64,000 nt of DNA, from positions 915-64,914 of the forward strand of contig NZBT01000006.1 of assembly GCA_002688015.1 (NCBI GenBank). The letters run 5' to 3'. Position 1 is the first letter of the stretch; each line of letters opens with the position of its first letter. This stretch comes from Candidatus Pacearchaeota archaeon. Lineage in GTDB: Archaea; Nanobdellota; Nanobdellia; Pacearchaeales; GW2011-AR1. The notes under the pieces are model-generated. The model saw nothing but the letters and a program-made list of their open reading frames with translations, was not told the origin of the DNA and searched no databases. The position numbers and the translations under genes are program-made. This document shows positions 45,201 through 53,534 of this stretch, piece by piece.

Positions 45201-45252
45201 TTTTATATATTATAGATAAATTTAGGGAGATTATAAAGTTAATCAAGTTATG

Positions 45253-47607
45253 TCACAAAAACTTAATTGAAAGTTTTCTGGTTTCTAGTTCTTTTGCTGT
45301 TGTAACAGCTCTTAAATCGGGCAGAACACCGGAAAGGAGAGATTGTTCTGATTTTATTAATGAGAGAGAGATGGGAACGTTCATTGGCTGTTTTGCCATG
45401 GATTTCGCTTGACGAACTTTGTAAATTATTTCAGTCATTTTCTCCCAGATTTTGTCATCATGTCTGTGTGTTGCTATGGGAATTGGTTTTGGCCAGTCTG
45501 ATATGTGTATGGAATCAACGGACTCAAAAGATTTAAAATGATTTTGATAGATTTCTTCTGTTATGAATGGAGTTATTGGAGCAGAAAGTTTAAGGATTGT
45601 TAGCAGAGAATGGTATAGCGTATAGAATGCAGATGCCTTTTCTTCATCAGAACCTTGATAAACACGATTCTTTACGATTTCTAAATAGTAATCTGCGAAA
45701 ACCTGCCAGAAGAATTTTTCCGTTTCAAGTTTTGCTTTTGAGTAATTGTATTCATTGAAAGCTTCGGTACAGGAAGAAATTAGTTTATTTAACTGAGAGA
45801 GAAAGATACGATCTGTTTCAATTAGCTTTGGCATCTTACTTTGATATTTAAGATTCATGAACACAAAATTGGATGCATTTAGGATTTTAGTTATGAATTT
45901 CTTTCCTGCTATTAAATCTGCTTCATTGTAATCGAGATCTTCTCCTAATTTAGAAGATGCTGCCCAGAATCTTAGAGCATCTGAACCATATTCAGCCATA
46001 ACAGATCTTGGAGAAATTCCTGTTCCTTTTGATTTAGACATTGCTTTTCCGCCAAGAGTTACAAATCCAGAGACTATGATATCTTGCCAAGGAATTTGAT
46101 TTTCATGATAAAGAGATTTCACAATTGTATAAAATGCCCATGTTCTAATTATGTCGTGTCCTTGGGGGCGTAAGGAATAAGGAATTTTTATTTTGCTTTT
46201 TATGAGAGATGCTGCTATTTGTGGTGTTAATGAAGAAGTTGCCCATGTATCAAGAACTTTTGTATCTCCTATAGCTTGACAGTTACATTTTGAACATTTC
46301 TTGGGAGTTTCTGTTGGATCTATAGGGAGTTCAGAAAGCTTAGCTGGGATTACGAGGTTACATTTGGGACATTCCCATACAGGAATTGGAATTCCAAAGT
46401 GTCTTTCACGAGAAATAGACCAATCCCATTCAAGACCTTTAATCCAATTTTCGTAACGCTTAAACATATGTTGAGGATGCCATGTAACTTTCTTTCCTTG
46501 AGCAATTAATTTTGTCTTTTTATCAAGGATTTTGATGAACCATTGTTCCGTTGGCAAGAATTCGATTTCAGTTCCACATTTATCATGTACATTTACAACG
46601 TGATTGATGGGTTTTTGTTCTATTATGAGTTTTTTGGATTCAAGGTCTTCTAATATCTTAGAGCGTGCTTGTTTGATTGTTAATCCTTTATACTCCTTTG
46701 AGTTTAGAGTTCCATCTAGATTGAAGACGACTTTAGGAGTTAGTTTATGTCTGTTGATTGCGTCTACGTCGTATTTATCTCCATAAGAACAGACCATTAA
46801 GACACCTGTTCCTTTTTCAATTTCTGCAGATTCATCTGCTAGTATGGGAACAGAGTGTTTGAAAAGAGGGACAGTAGCTTTTTTGCCTATAAATTCTTTG
46901 TATCTTTTGTCTTTTGGATTTACGAATACTGCAACACAAGCTCCAAGAAGTTCAGGGCGTGTTGTAGCAATAGGAAGATTTTTTCCTGAAGATTTGAATT
47001 TTAATGTGGAAAATTGTGAGGAGAGAGATTTATCTTCTAATTCTGCTTGTGCAACGGGTGTTTGACACTCAGGGCAATAAATAGTTGGAAAGTTTTCTTT
47101 GTATATTAACTTGGAGGCATATAAGTCGAGGAATGATTTTTGAGATATTTTTCTTGTGTTATCATCAATTGTTGAGTAAGACACGTTGTAATCTGCGGAA
47201 ATCCCAATATTCTTCCAGTCTTGAATTAGTTCAGGAGTTTTTTCTTTTAATAAGGCAAGGCCTATTTTTATGAATTCATTTCTTGACATGTCTTTACTTT
47301 TGATTCCTTTTGTTTTTTCTATCCATCTTTCTGTTGGAAGGCCATTATCATCTGTTCCGAAAGGGTAGAAAACGTTGAATCCAGCCATTCTTTTGTATCT
47401 TGCTATGAAATCTTCTTGTGAATAAGAGAATGCGTGTCCTATATGCATTTGTCCTGATATGTATGGGGGAGGTGTATCTATGGAATATGTTTTCTTTTTG
47501 CTTTTAGGATCAAAAGAGTATGTTTTTCCCTTTTCCCAATAGGACAACCAACGAGATTCAATTTCATGAATGTCTATTTGTGGTTTCTTTCTTTCTGGTT
47601 TAGACAT
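45253..47607 (-). CDS. valS: Valyl-tRNA synthetase (class Ia; Val assignment from the N-terminal pattern)
   Basis: IDTPPPYISGQMHIGHAFSY...IARYKRMAGFNVFYPFGTDDNGLPTE, WSISRERHFGIPIP, KMSKS (AMSKSKG). 784 aa. Confidence 0.7.
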   Translation of the reverse strand: MSKPERKKPQIDIHEIESRWLSYWEKGKTYSFDPKSKKKTYSIDTPPPYISGQMHIGHAFSYSQEDFIARYKRMAGFNVFYPFGTDDNGLPTERWIEKTKGIKSKDMSRNEFIKIGLALLKEKTPELIQDWKNIGISADYNVSYSTIDDNTRKISQKSFLDLYASKLIYKENFPTIYCPECQTPVAQAELEDKSLSSQFSTLKFKSSGKNLPIATTRPELLGACVAVFVNPKDKRYKEFIGKKATVPLFKHSVPILADESAEIEKGTGVLMVCSYGDKYDVDAINRHKLTPKVVFNLDGTLNSKEYKGLTIKQARSKILEDLESKKLIIEQKPINHVVNVHDKCGTEIEFLPTEQWFIKILDKKTKLIAQGKKVTWHPQHMFKRYENWIKGLEWDWSISRERHFGIPIPVWECPKCNLVIPAKLSELPIDPTETPKKCSKCNCQAIGDTKVLDTWATSSLTPQIAASLIKSKIKIPYSLRPQGHDIIRTWAFYTIVKSLYHENQIPWQDIIVSGFVTLGGKAMSKSKGTGISPRSVMAEYGSDALRFWAASSKLGEDLDYNEADLIAGKKFITKILNASNFVFMNLKYQSKMPKLIETDRIFLSQLNKLISSCTEAFNEYNYSKAKLETEKFFWQVFADYYLEIVKNRVYQGSDEEKASAFYTLYHSLLTILKLSAPITPFITEEIYQNHFKSFESVDSIHISDWPKPIPIATHRHDDKIWEKMTEIIYKVRQAKSMAKQPMNVPISLSLIKSEQSLLSGVLPDLRAVTTAKELETRKLSIKFL

Positions 47608-47657
47608 ATAGGAAGATAGAGCAAAGGGGTTAAAAAGTTTAGGGTTTTAGGATTTTT

Positions 47658-48272
47658 ATGACATTCGACAAGGAAAAAGCGTTGAAGCAGTTAGAAGAAT
47701 TGGAAAAGTTGGGAAAAGATAAGAGGTTAGCTGCTGATGAATGGGATGAAGATTGGAAAATTTTGATTGCTGTCCTGCTTTCTGCAAGGACAATGGATAA
47801 GACAACGATTCCTATTGCTGAAAAGTTGTTTGAGAAATATGATTCTGTGGAAAAGCTAGCTAAAGCTTCGGAGAAGGAAGTTGCTGAAGGTATAAGTGGG
47901 GTTAATTTTTATTTGAATAAAGCAAGATATGTGAAGGCTCTTGTTGAGAAACTTCTTAAGGACTATGATGGTAAGGTGCCTCATGATTTTGATAAACTTG
48001 TGGAATTGCCTGGAGTTGGGAGAAAGACAGCAAATGTATTCTTGGCTGCGAAGGGAGAGATGACAATTGGAATCGATACTCATGTTGATTATATTAGTCA
48101 TTATCTTGGATGGACGAAGGGAAAGAAGCAAGAAGAGGTTGAGAAAGATCTAAAGGGTATTTTTCCGGAGAGGTTGTGGGGGAAGTTAAATTGGACACTT
48201 GTGCGTTTTGGGCAAACTTATACTAATAGAACGGAGAAGAATAAGATTTTAGACAGGATTAAAGAGCTTTGA
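47658..48272 (+). CDS. nth: Endonuclease III-like HhH-GPD DNA glycosylase (no Fe-S cluster cysteines)
   Basis: HhH LVELPGVGRKTANVFL followed by IGIDTHV. The C-terminus contains no Cys, so the 4-Cys cluster loop is absent. Confidence 0.75.
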   Translation: MTFDKEKALKQLEELEKLGKDKRLAADEWDEDWKILIAVLLSARTMDKTTIPIAEKLFEKYDSVEKLAKASEKEVAEGISGVNFYLNKARYVKALVEKLLKDYDGKVPHDFDKLVELPGVGRKTANVFLAAKGEMTIGIDTHVDYISHYLGWTKGKKQEEVEKDLKGIFPERLWGKLNWTLVRFGQTYTNRTEKNKILDRIKEL

Positions 48273-48308
48273 GGTAACATTTATAAGGTTGTTTTTTGAA
48301 GAATAGTT

Positions 48309-48545
48309 ATGGCGAAAGATAATAAGATTCAGATGCCCGGAGCATTTGGCGGGCTTATGAGATATGATGAGGAATATAATAGTAGATTTATGATGTCTCC
48401 TGTGGCTGTAATTGTATTTGTTGTTTTAATAGTAATTCTTGTGTTATTATTAAAAGTTATTTTTCCTGCCAATATTGTTCCTGTGGACACTATAGGAAGT
48501 GTTCCTATCTCTCCTCATGGATTGATTCTTAGTTTGTTAGAATAA
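48309..48545 (+). CDS. Sec61-beta (archaeal SecG)-like tail-anchored protein
   Basis: MPGAFGGLMRYDEEY...SPVAVIVFVVLIVILVLLL fits the Sec61-beta pattern (GL-x-RY + single TM). It has a longer C-terminal tail than usual. Confidence 0.55.
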   Translation: MAKDNKIQMPGAFGGLMRYDEEYNSRFMMSPVAVIVFVVLIVILVLLLKVIFPANIVPVDTIGSVPISPHGLILSLLE

Positions 48546-48574
48546 TAAATATTAAATAGTTCTGACTGGTTTGG

Positions 48575-49028
48575 ATGATATGGAGGAGGAGAAAAAAAAT
48601 AGGTGTTGGATTTGGTGTTATGATACTTAATTCTGAAGGAAATGTTTTGTTGGGAAAGAGACATGAAGATTCTGAGAAAGCAGATAGTTTACTTGCTGGA
48701 GCTGGGACTTGGACAATGCCTGGGGGAAAGTTGCATTTTGGAGAAAGTTTTGAAGAGGGAGCAAAGAGAGAAGTTATGGAAGAGACAGGAATTGATTTAG
48801 GGAAGAGCGAAGCTATTGCCATTAATAGTGATCAAGTTGAAGAAGTTCATTTTATTACAATAGGTCTACTTTGCAAGGAATTTGAAGGCAAAGCGGAAGT
48901 TAAGGAGCCTGATGAGATTACTGAATGGAAATGGTTTTTCTCTTGAAGAGCTACCAGAACCAATGTATTTTCCCAGTGCGAAGATATTGAAGAATTATCC
49001 AAAGAAAGAGTTTTATATTTCTGATTAG
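48575..49028 (+). CDS. Nudix hydrolase, C-terminus interrupted by a +1 frameshift in a T5 run (48935-48939)
   Basis: Nudix box GGKLHFGESFEEGAKREVMEETGI. The annotated frame ends WKWFFS* at 48946. Removing one T gives WKWFSLEELPEPMYFPSAKILKNYPKKEFYISD* (stop 49026-49028), the usual Nudix C-terminal W-F-x-x-x-E-L-P pattern. Confidence 0.75.
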
Positions 49029-49062
49029 AAAACTATATAAAATACTATTTCTGAGCTGATGT

Positions 49063-49398
49063 ATGATACCTGGACTTGGAGGAATGAATCCTAAGAAAAT
49101 GGCTGGAATGATGAAGCAAATGGGCATTGATCAAGATGAAATTGATGCTGACAGAGTTGAAATTTTTAAGAAAGATGGGAGTAAAATAACAGTTGAAAAT
49201 GCTCAAGTTGTAAGGATAAGCATGCAAGGGAATGAGAGTTTTCAAGTTACTGGAGATATAGGTGAGGGAGAAGCGGGTTTAAATGAGGATGATGTTAAGA
49301 TGGTTGCGGAGAAGACAGGAAAGAGTGAGAATGAGGCTAAGAAGGCTTTAGAAGAAAGTGAAGGAGATATTGCTCAAGCGATTGTTAAGCTTTCATAG
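49063..49398 (+). CDS. nac: Nascent polypeptide-associated complex protein (NAC + UBA)
   Basis: NAC domain (VEIFKKDGSKITVENAQVVRISMQGNESFQVTG) and a UBA-like tail (SENEAKKALEESEGDIAQAIVKL). Confidence 0.85.
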   Translation: MIPGLGGMNPKKMAGMMKQMGIDQDEIDADRVEIFKKDGSKITVENAQVVRISMQGNESFQVTGDIGEGEAGLNEDDVKMVAEKTGKSENEAKKALEESEGDIAQAIVKLS

Positions 49399-49432
49399 AC
49401 AGATATATTAATTTCTTTTACCTCTGAAATGT

Positions 49433-49918
49433 ATGGTAGAAAACATTCATAAAGAGTTTATTGACAGTCTGATTGAAGCAGAGAAGGCTTGGCAGAGCGG
49501 AGATCATTTAACTTATGTTACATATCCTGTTGTTAAGGATGATAAGCTTCTTTTAAGGGCTTTGGAGAATCTTTATGAGAGTGTTGTTAAAACGATAAGC
49601 ACTGTTTTAAGATTTGAATATTTGTATAAAAGGATTGAACTTAGTAAAGATAGTAAAAGGAATTTAGAGATGTTTTTTAAGAAATGTGGGGGAAGATATG
49701 GACTTGGGGCGGAGGAAAGAGAGATTATTAAAGAGATTATATTTTTTGGGAAAAAACATAAAGAAGCAAGTGTGGAGTTTTCCGGGAAAGGGAAGTCATA
49801 TATAATTGATGATGATTTGGGAAAAATTGAGTTGGATGTAGTTAAATTAAAGAGTTTTCTTGAAATAAGTAGAAAACTACTGGAAAATGCTAACAGGAAT
49901 TTTAAGGAAATTTTTTAG
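49433..49918 (+). CDS. Hypothetical helical protein, tandem paralog 1 (161 aa)
   Basis: Shares SGDHLTYV / SADHLLYV and (K/R)E(A)S-x-EF...(I)(E/D)(L/V)(D/N)...KLK(S/E)(F/Y) blocks with 49977..50402. Confidence 0.6.
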   Translation: MVENIHKEFIDSLIEAEKAWQSGDHLTYVTYPVVKDDKLLLRALENLYESVVKTISTVLRFEYLYKRIELSKDSKRNLEMFFKKCGGRYGLGAEEREIIKEIIFFGKKHKEASVEFSGKGKSYIIDDDLGKIELDVVKLKSFLEISRKLLENANRNFKEIF

Positions 49919-49976
49919 AAAGGTATTTAAATAAGTTTGGCCTTGTTAACTTTCTCCGTATGGGGTGCATTTTTGA

Positions 49977-50402
49977 ATGGAAAGAATAATTAAGGAGAAG
50001 ATTAGTGCCGATCATTTACTTTACGTATCTTTAAAGTATACTAAGACTTGTGATGTTATTATTAATCTTCTTTTGAGATGGAAGATAATGATCGAAATGG
50101 CTATGGATCATCTAGTTGAGAAAGCAAAAAAGGAAAAAAAGTGGAAGCCTGTTCCTGATGCTCCGAGAGCGAAACTGATTCAGCTAAAGAAAATCTATGA
50201 AAAGGATAAAGTTATTTCTGAGACTCTTGATTTATATGAACTTTTTAGAGATATTGAAAAGTTGGATAAAATTAGAGAAAGTGAGTTTAGGAAAGGTGTT
50301 AATTTAAAAGTTACCTATAAAGGAGAAGAAATTGATGTTAATTTAGATAAGTTAAAAGAATATTCTAATTTGTTAGAAAGGTTTATAAGCTCTTTGAAAT
50401 AG
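49977..50402 (+). CDS. Hypothetical helical protein, tandem paralog 2 (141 aa)
   Basis: Alignable by eye to 49433..49918 at both the N- and C-terminal blocks. Confidence 0.6.
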   Translation: MERIIKEKISADHLLYVSLKYTKTCDVIINLLLRWKIMIEMAMDHLVEKAKKEKKWKPVPDAPRAKLIQLKKIYEKDKVISETLDLYELFRDIEKLDKIRESEFRKGVNLKVTYKGEEIDVNLDKLKEYSNLLERFISSLK

Positions 50403-50442
50403 TCATTCTTACTTTAAATTAAACATATAGATTTTAAAAAGA

Positions 50443-51198
50443 ATGACAAGATTGATAACAATAACTTCAGGAAAAGGAGGGGTTGGGAAGACGACAACAG
50501 CCATTAATCTCGGAGCGGCGTTGAACGCTTTTGGAAAAGAGGTCGTAATTTTAGATGCAAATTTAACAACTCCAAATGTAGGACTCCATTTAGGAGCTCC
50601 GATAGTGCCAGTTAGTTTAAATCATGTTTTGTCTGGAAAGGCAAAGATAGATGATGCGATTTATGAGCATGGATCTGGAACAAAGATTGTTCCTAGCTCT
50701 CTTTCTATTAAGGAACTTAGAACTATTAATCATAATAAGCTAAAAGATGTTGGAAAAAAATTGAAAAAAATGGCAGATTTTGTTATTTATGATTCTGCTG
50801 CTGGTTTGGGAGATGAAGCTGTTGCTTCTATGGAATCTGCAGATGAACTTATTATTGTTACGAATCCTGAAATACCTGCTGTTACAGATGCTTTGAAAGC
50901 TAGTAAACTTGCTGAGCAGTTAGGTAAGGAGATAAAAGGAGTTATAGTTACAAGGAGTAATGGAACTAAAGGAGAGATGCCAGTTGCAAATGTTGCTGAC
51001 ATGCTTGAACTTCCGATTCTTGGAGTTATTCCAGAAGATGGCAATATTAGGCAAAGTGTGATAATGAAGGATGCTTTGGTACATACTCATCCAAAGTGTA
51101 AAGCGGCAAAAGCTTATAGAAAAATTGCTGCAAAGATTATTGGAAAAGATAATTATAAGGATCCTTATGATGGTTTCTGGGATAGATTGTTTGGCTAG
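50443..51198 (+). CDS. minD: MinD/ParA-family P-loop ATPase (archaeal MinD type)
   Basis: Deviant Walker A SGKGGVGKTT; DSAAGLGDEA; 251 aa. Confidence 0.85.
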   Translation: MTRLITITSGKGGVGKTTTAINLGAALNAFGKEVVILDANLTTPNVGLHLGAPIVPVSLNHVLSGKAKIDDAIYEHGSGTKIVPSSLSIKELRTINHNKLKDVGKKLKKMADFVIYDSAAGLGDEAVASMESADELIIVTNPEIPAVTDALKASKLAEQLGKEIKGVIVTRSNGTKGEMPVANVADMLELPILGVIPEDGNIRQSVIMKDALVHTHPKCKAAKAYRKIAAKIIGKDNYKDPYDGFWDRLFG

Positions 51199-51211
51199 AT
51201 AGATTGTTGTT

Positions 51212-52639
51212 TCATTTTATCTTCTCGAAAAGAATTGGGGATTTTTTAATTTTGCTGACTTTTAACGGGGCTTTTAGATCTTTGAGAGTCAGAGAAAAGT
51301 TGAATATCTTTGCTATCTTTTCGCTTGTTTCAGGGAGGAAAGGAGAAAGGAGAATTGTGGCATCTTTTATTGCGTTTGCTAATTCGTATAAGACTGTTTG
51401 AGACTTTGTTTCCCAGGGTTTTTTCTTTTGAATGTATTCATTTGTTTTATCAATGAAAGCGAAAATTTCGTTGAGAGCACGATCTGTTTCATAATTTTCT
51501 AAGTGCTTTGTTACGGATTTTAGAACGGGAGATGAATTTAACTTTGAACTCACAGGTTTTTCAATTCCGTATTTTTCTGCTAGCGCGGAGACACGAGAGA
51601 CTAAGTTTCCAAGTTTGTTAGCTAGTTCATCATTATGTCTTTGTTGGAGAAGAGATTCGCTATAATCAGAGTCTTCGAATACGGTATTTCTTAATAGAGA
51701 ATAACGTACTGTGTCTGCGTTGTATTTTTCTAAGAGATCAAGAGGATCTATTGTGTTTCCTGTTGATTTTGACATTTTCTTTCCTGAGATGTTTAGATAT
51801 CCATGGACAAGTAATTTTTTTGGTAGGGGATAATCAGCAGAGAGAAGGATTGCTGGCCAGATTACGCTATGAAACCAGTTGATTCCTTTTCCTATAACAT
51901 GAGTATCTGCGGGCCAGTATTTTTTCTCTTTACTTTTTAAGCCAGAGACGTAGTTGATTAATGCATCAATCCAAACCCAGACTTTGAAATCTTCATGGCT
52001 TGGGAAAGGGACACCAATTTCAACATCTTTTCTAGAAATGTTAATGTCGTTTAAACCTTCCTTTACTCTAACTAGTACTTCGTTTGCTTTGCTTTTAGGT
52101 GTTACATACTTAGGAATTAACTTGAGAAGTTGATCTTGGTATTTGGATAGTTTGAAGAAGTAAGCTTCTTCTTTTCTTTGTTCTGGAACAGTGTTATGTT
52201 CGGGACATTTTCCATCAACTAATTCTTTTTCAGTATAATATGATTCACACCCAGTGCAATATAGGCCCGAGTATTCTCCTTTGTATATGTCTCCCTTATC
52301 AAGAATTTTTTGAATTATTTTTTGAACAACTTTTCCATGTTCTGATGCAGAAGTTCTTATGAAGTCGTTATGAGAAATGTTTAATTTTTTACTTAATTCT
52401 AGAAAGAAAGCTGTGTTTTTATCTACGAATTCTTTTACGGGAATTCCTGCTTTCTCAGCTGCTTGAACGTTTTTTTGAGCGTTTTCATCTACTCCTGTTA
52501 GAAAGAAGACATCTTTATCTTGAAGACGATTCCATCTAGCAATTACGTCTGATATTACTTTTTCGAATGCGTGTCCTACGTGAGGTTTTGCATTGACGTA
52601 ATCTATTGCAGTTGTTATGTAGTACTTTTCTTTTACCAT
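51212..52639 (-). CDS. metG: Methionyl-tRNA synthetase (core only, no C-terminal tRNA-binding domain)
   Basis: HVGH (AKPHVGHAFE), zinc knuckle CTGCESYY...CPEH, KMSKS. Confidence 0.9.
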   Translation of the reverse strand: MVKEKYYITTAIDYVNAKPHVGHAFEKVISDVIARWNRLQDKDVFFLTGVDENAQKNVQAAEKAGIPVKEFVDKNTAFFLELSKKLNISHNDFIRTSASEHGKVVQKIIQKILDKGDIYKGEYSGLYCTGCESYYTEKELVDGKCPEHNTVPEQRKEEAYFFKLSKYQDQLLKLIPKYVTPKSKANEVLVRVKEGLNDINISRKDVEIGVPFPSHEDFKVWVWIDALINYVSGLKSKEKKYWPADTHVIGKGINWFHSVIWPAILLSADYPLPKKLLVHGYLNISGKKMSKSTGNTIDPLDLLEKYNADTVRYSLLRNTVFEDSDYSESLLQQRHNDELANKLGNLVSRVSALAEKYGIEKPVSSKLNSSPVLKSVTKHLENYETDRALNEIFAFIDKTNEYIQKKKPWETKSQTVLYELANAIKDATILLSPFLPETSEKIAKIFNFSLTLKDLKAPLKVSKIKKSPILFEKIK

Positions 52640-52714
52640 GTAATGAAATGCTTGAAATAGTTTAAAAAGGTAACTGAGAGATAAGTTTTTAAAGCGTTTT
52701 TTGCAGATGATATC

Positions 52715-53299
52715 ATGGTAAAGGGATTAAGTCATTATTTGAAAGAAGCATGGAAAAAGCCTGGCAGAGAGCTTTTGCATGGAAAGATGATTCAGTGGAG
52801 AGCTGGAGATGCTATTGAAAAAGTTGAAAGACCATTGAGATTAGATAAAGCTAGAGCAATGGGATATAAGGCTAAGCGTGGAGTGATTGTAGTAAGAGTT
52901 AGAATAAATAGAGGAGGAAGAAAGAGACAGAGAGCAGGTGTTAAAGGAAGAAAGACAAGGAAGCAGACAATTAGAAAAACATTGAAAATGAATTATAGAC
53001 AAGTTGCGGAGATAAGAGCTGCAAGGAAATATAAGAGTCTTGAAGTTTTGAATAGTTATTGGATTGGAAAAGATGGAAAGCATTATTTTTATGAAGTTAT
53101 ATTAATTGATACTAGTAAGGCTGAGATAAAGTCTGATAGGACGTTGAAGTGGATTGTTTCTGGAAAGAATAGTAAAAGGGCTGAGCGTGGCTTGACTTCA
53201 GCTGGGAAGAAAGGTAGAGGATTGAAGAGTAAGAGAGGAAAGAGCCCAACATTAAAAGTAAGACCTAGCCTTCGTGCAAGAAGTAGGCAGGGGAAATAA
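52715..53299 (+). CDS. rpl15e: Ribosomal protein L15e
   Basis: YLKEAWKKP...RLDKARAMGYKAKRGVIVVRVRI.RGGRKR...YWIGKDGKHYFYEVILID. Confidence 0.9.
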   Translation: MVKGLSHYLKEAWKKPGRELLHGKMIQWRAGDAIEKVERPLRLDKARAMGYKAKRGVIVVRVRINRGGRKRQRAGVKGRKTRKQTIRKTLKMNYRQVAEIRAARKYKSLEVLNSYWIGKDGKHYFYEVILIDTSKAEIKSDRTLKWIVSGKNSKRAERGLTSAGKKGRGLKSKRGKSPTLKVRPSLRARSRQGK

Positions 53300-53300
53300 A

Positions 53301-53534
53301 ATGATAGATAGAATTGATATGGGACAAGGCCATTATGTTAATTTAGACATTCATAAGAGAGATGGTGTTGTTGCACAAAGTGTTTCTGGAATTAAGAAAG
53401 CTGAAGAAGTAGCAGGAGAAAAAGCCGCATTAGAAAACAGAACTAAAGGTGCAGCCTACAGACTCAATGTTCTAACAGGTAAAGTTTTGCCTGTTGCTGA
53501 AAGTGGTAAAGGAAATTTGAATAATTTTGCTTAA
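53301..53534 (+). CDS. Hypothetical small protein (77 aa)
   Basis: ATG two nt after the L15e stop. The 3' end overlaps the convergent topA stop by 4 nt. No recognisable motif. Confidence 0.45.
   Translation: MIDRIDMGQGHYVNLDIHKRDGVVAQSVSGIKKAEEVAGEKAALENRTKGAAYRLNVLTGKVLPVAESGKGNLNNFA

Noticed and set aside
25804-53320. Shared N-termini MIDSID (25804) and MIDRID (53301) of two orphan proteins, as evidence for a family
   Set aside because: The similarity does not extend beyond six residues. It is most likely a coincidence of A/T-rich start contexts.
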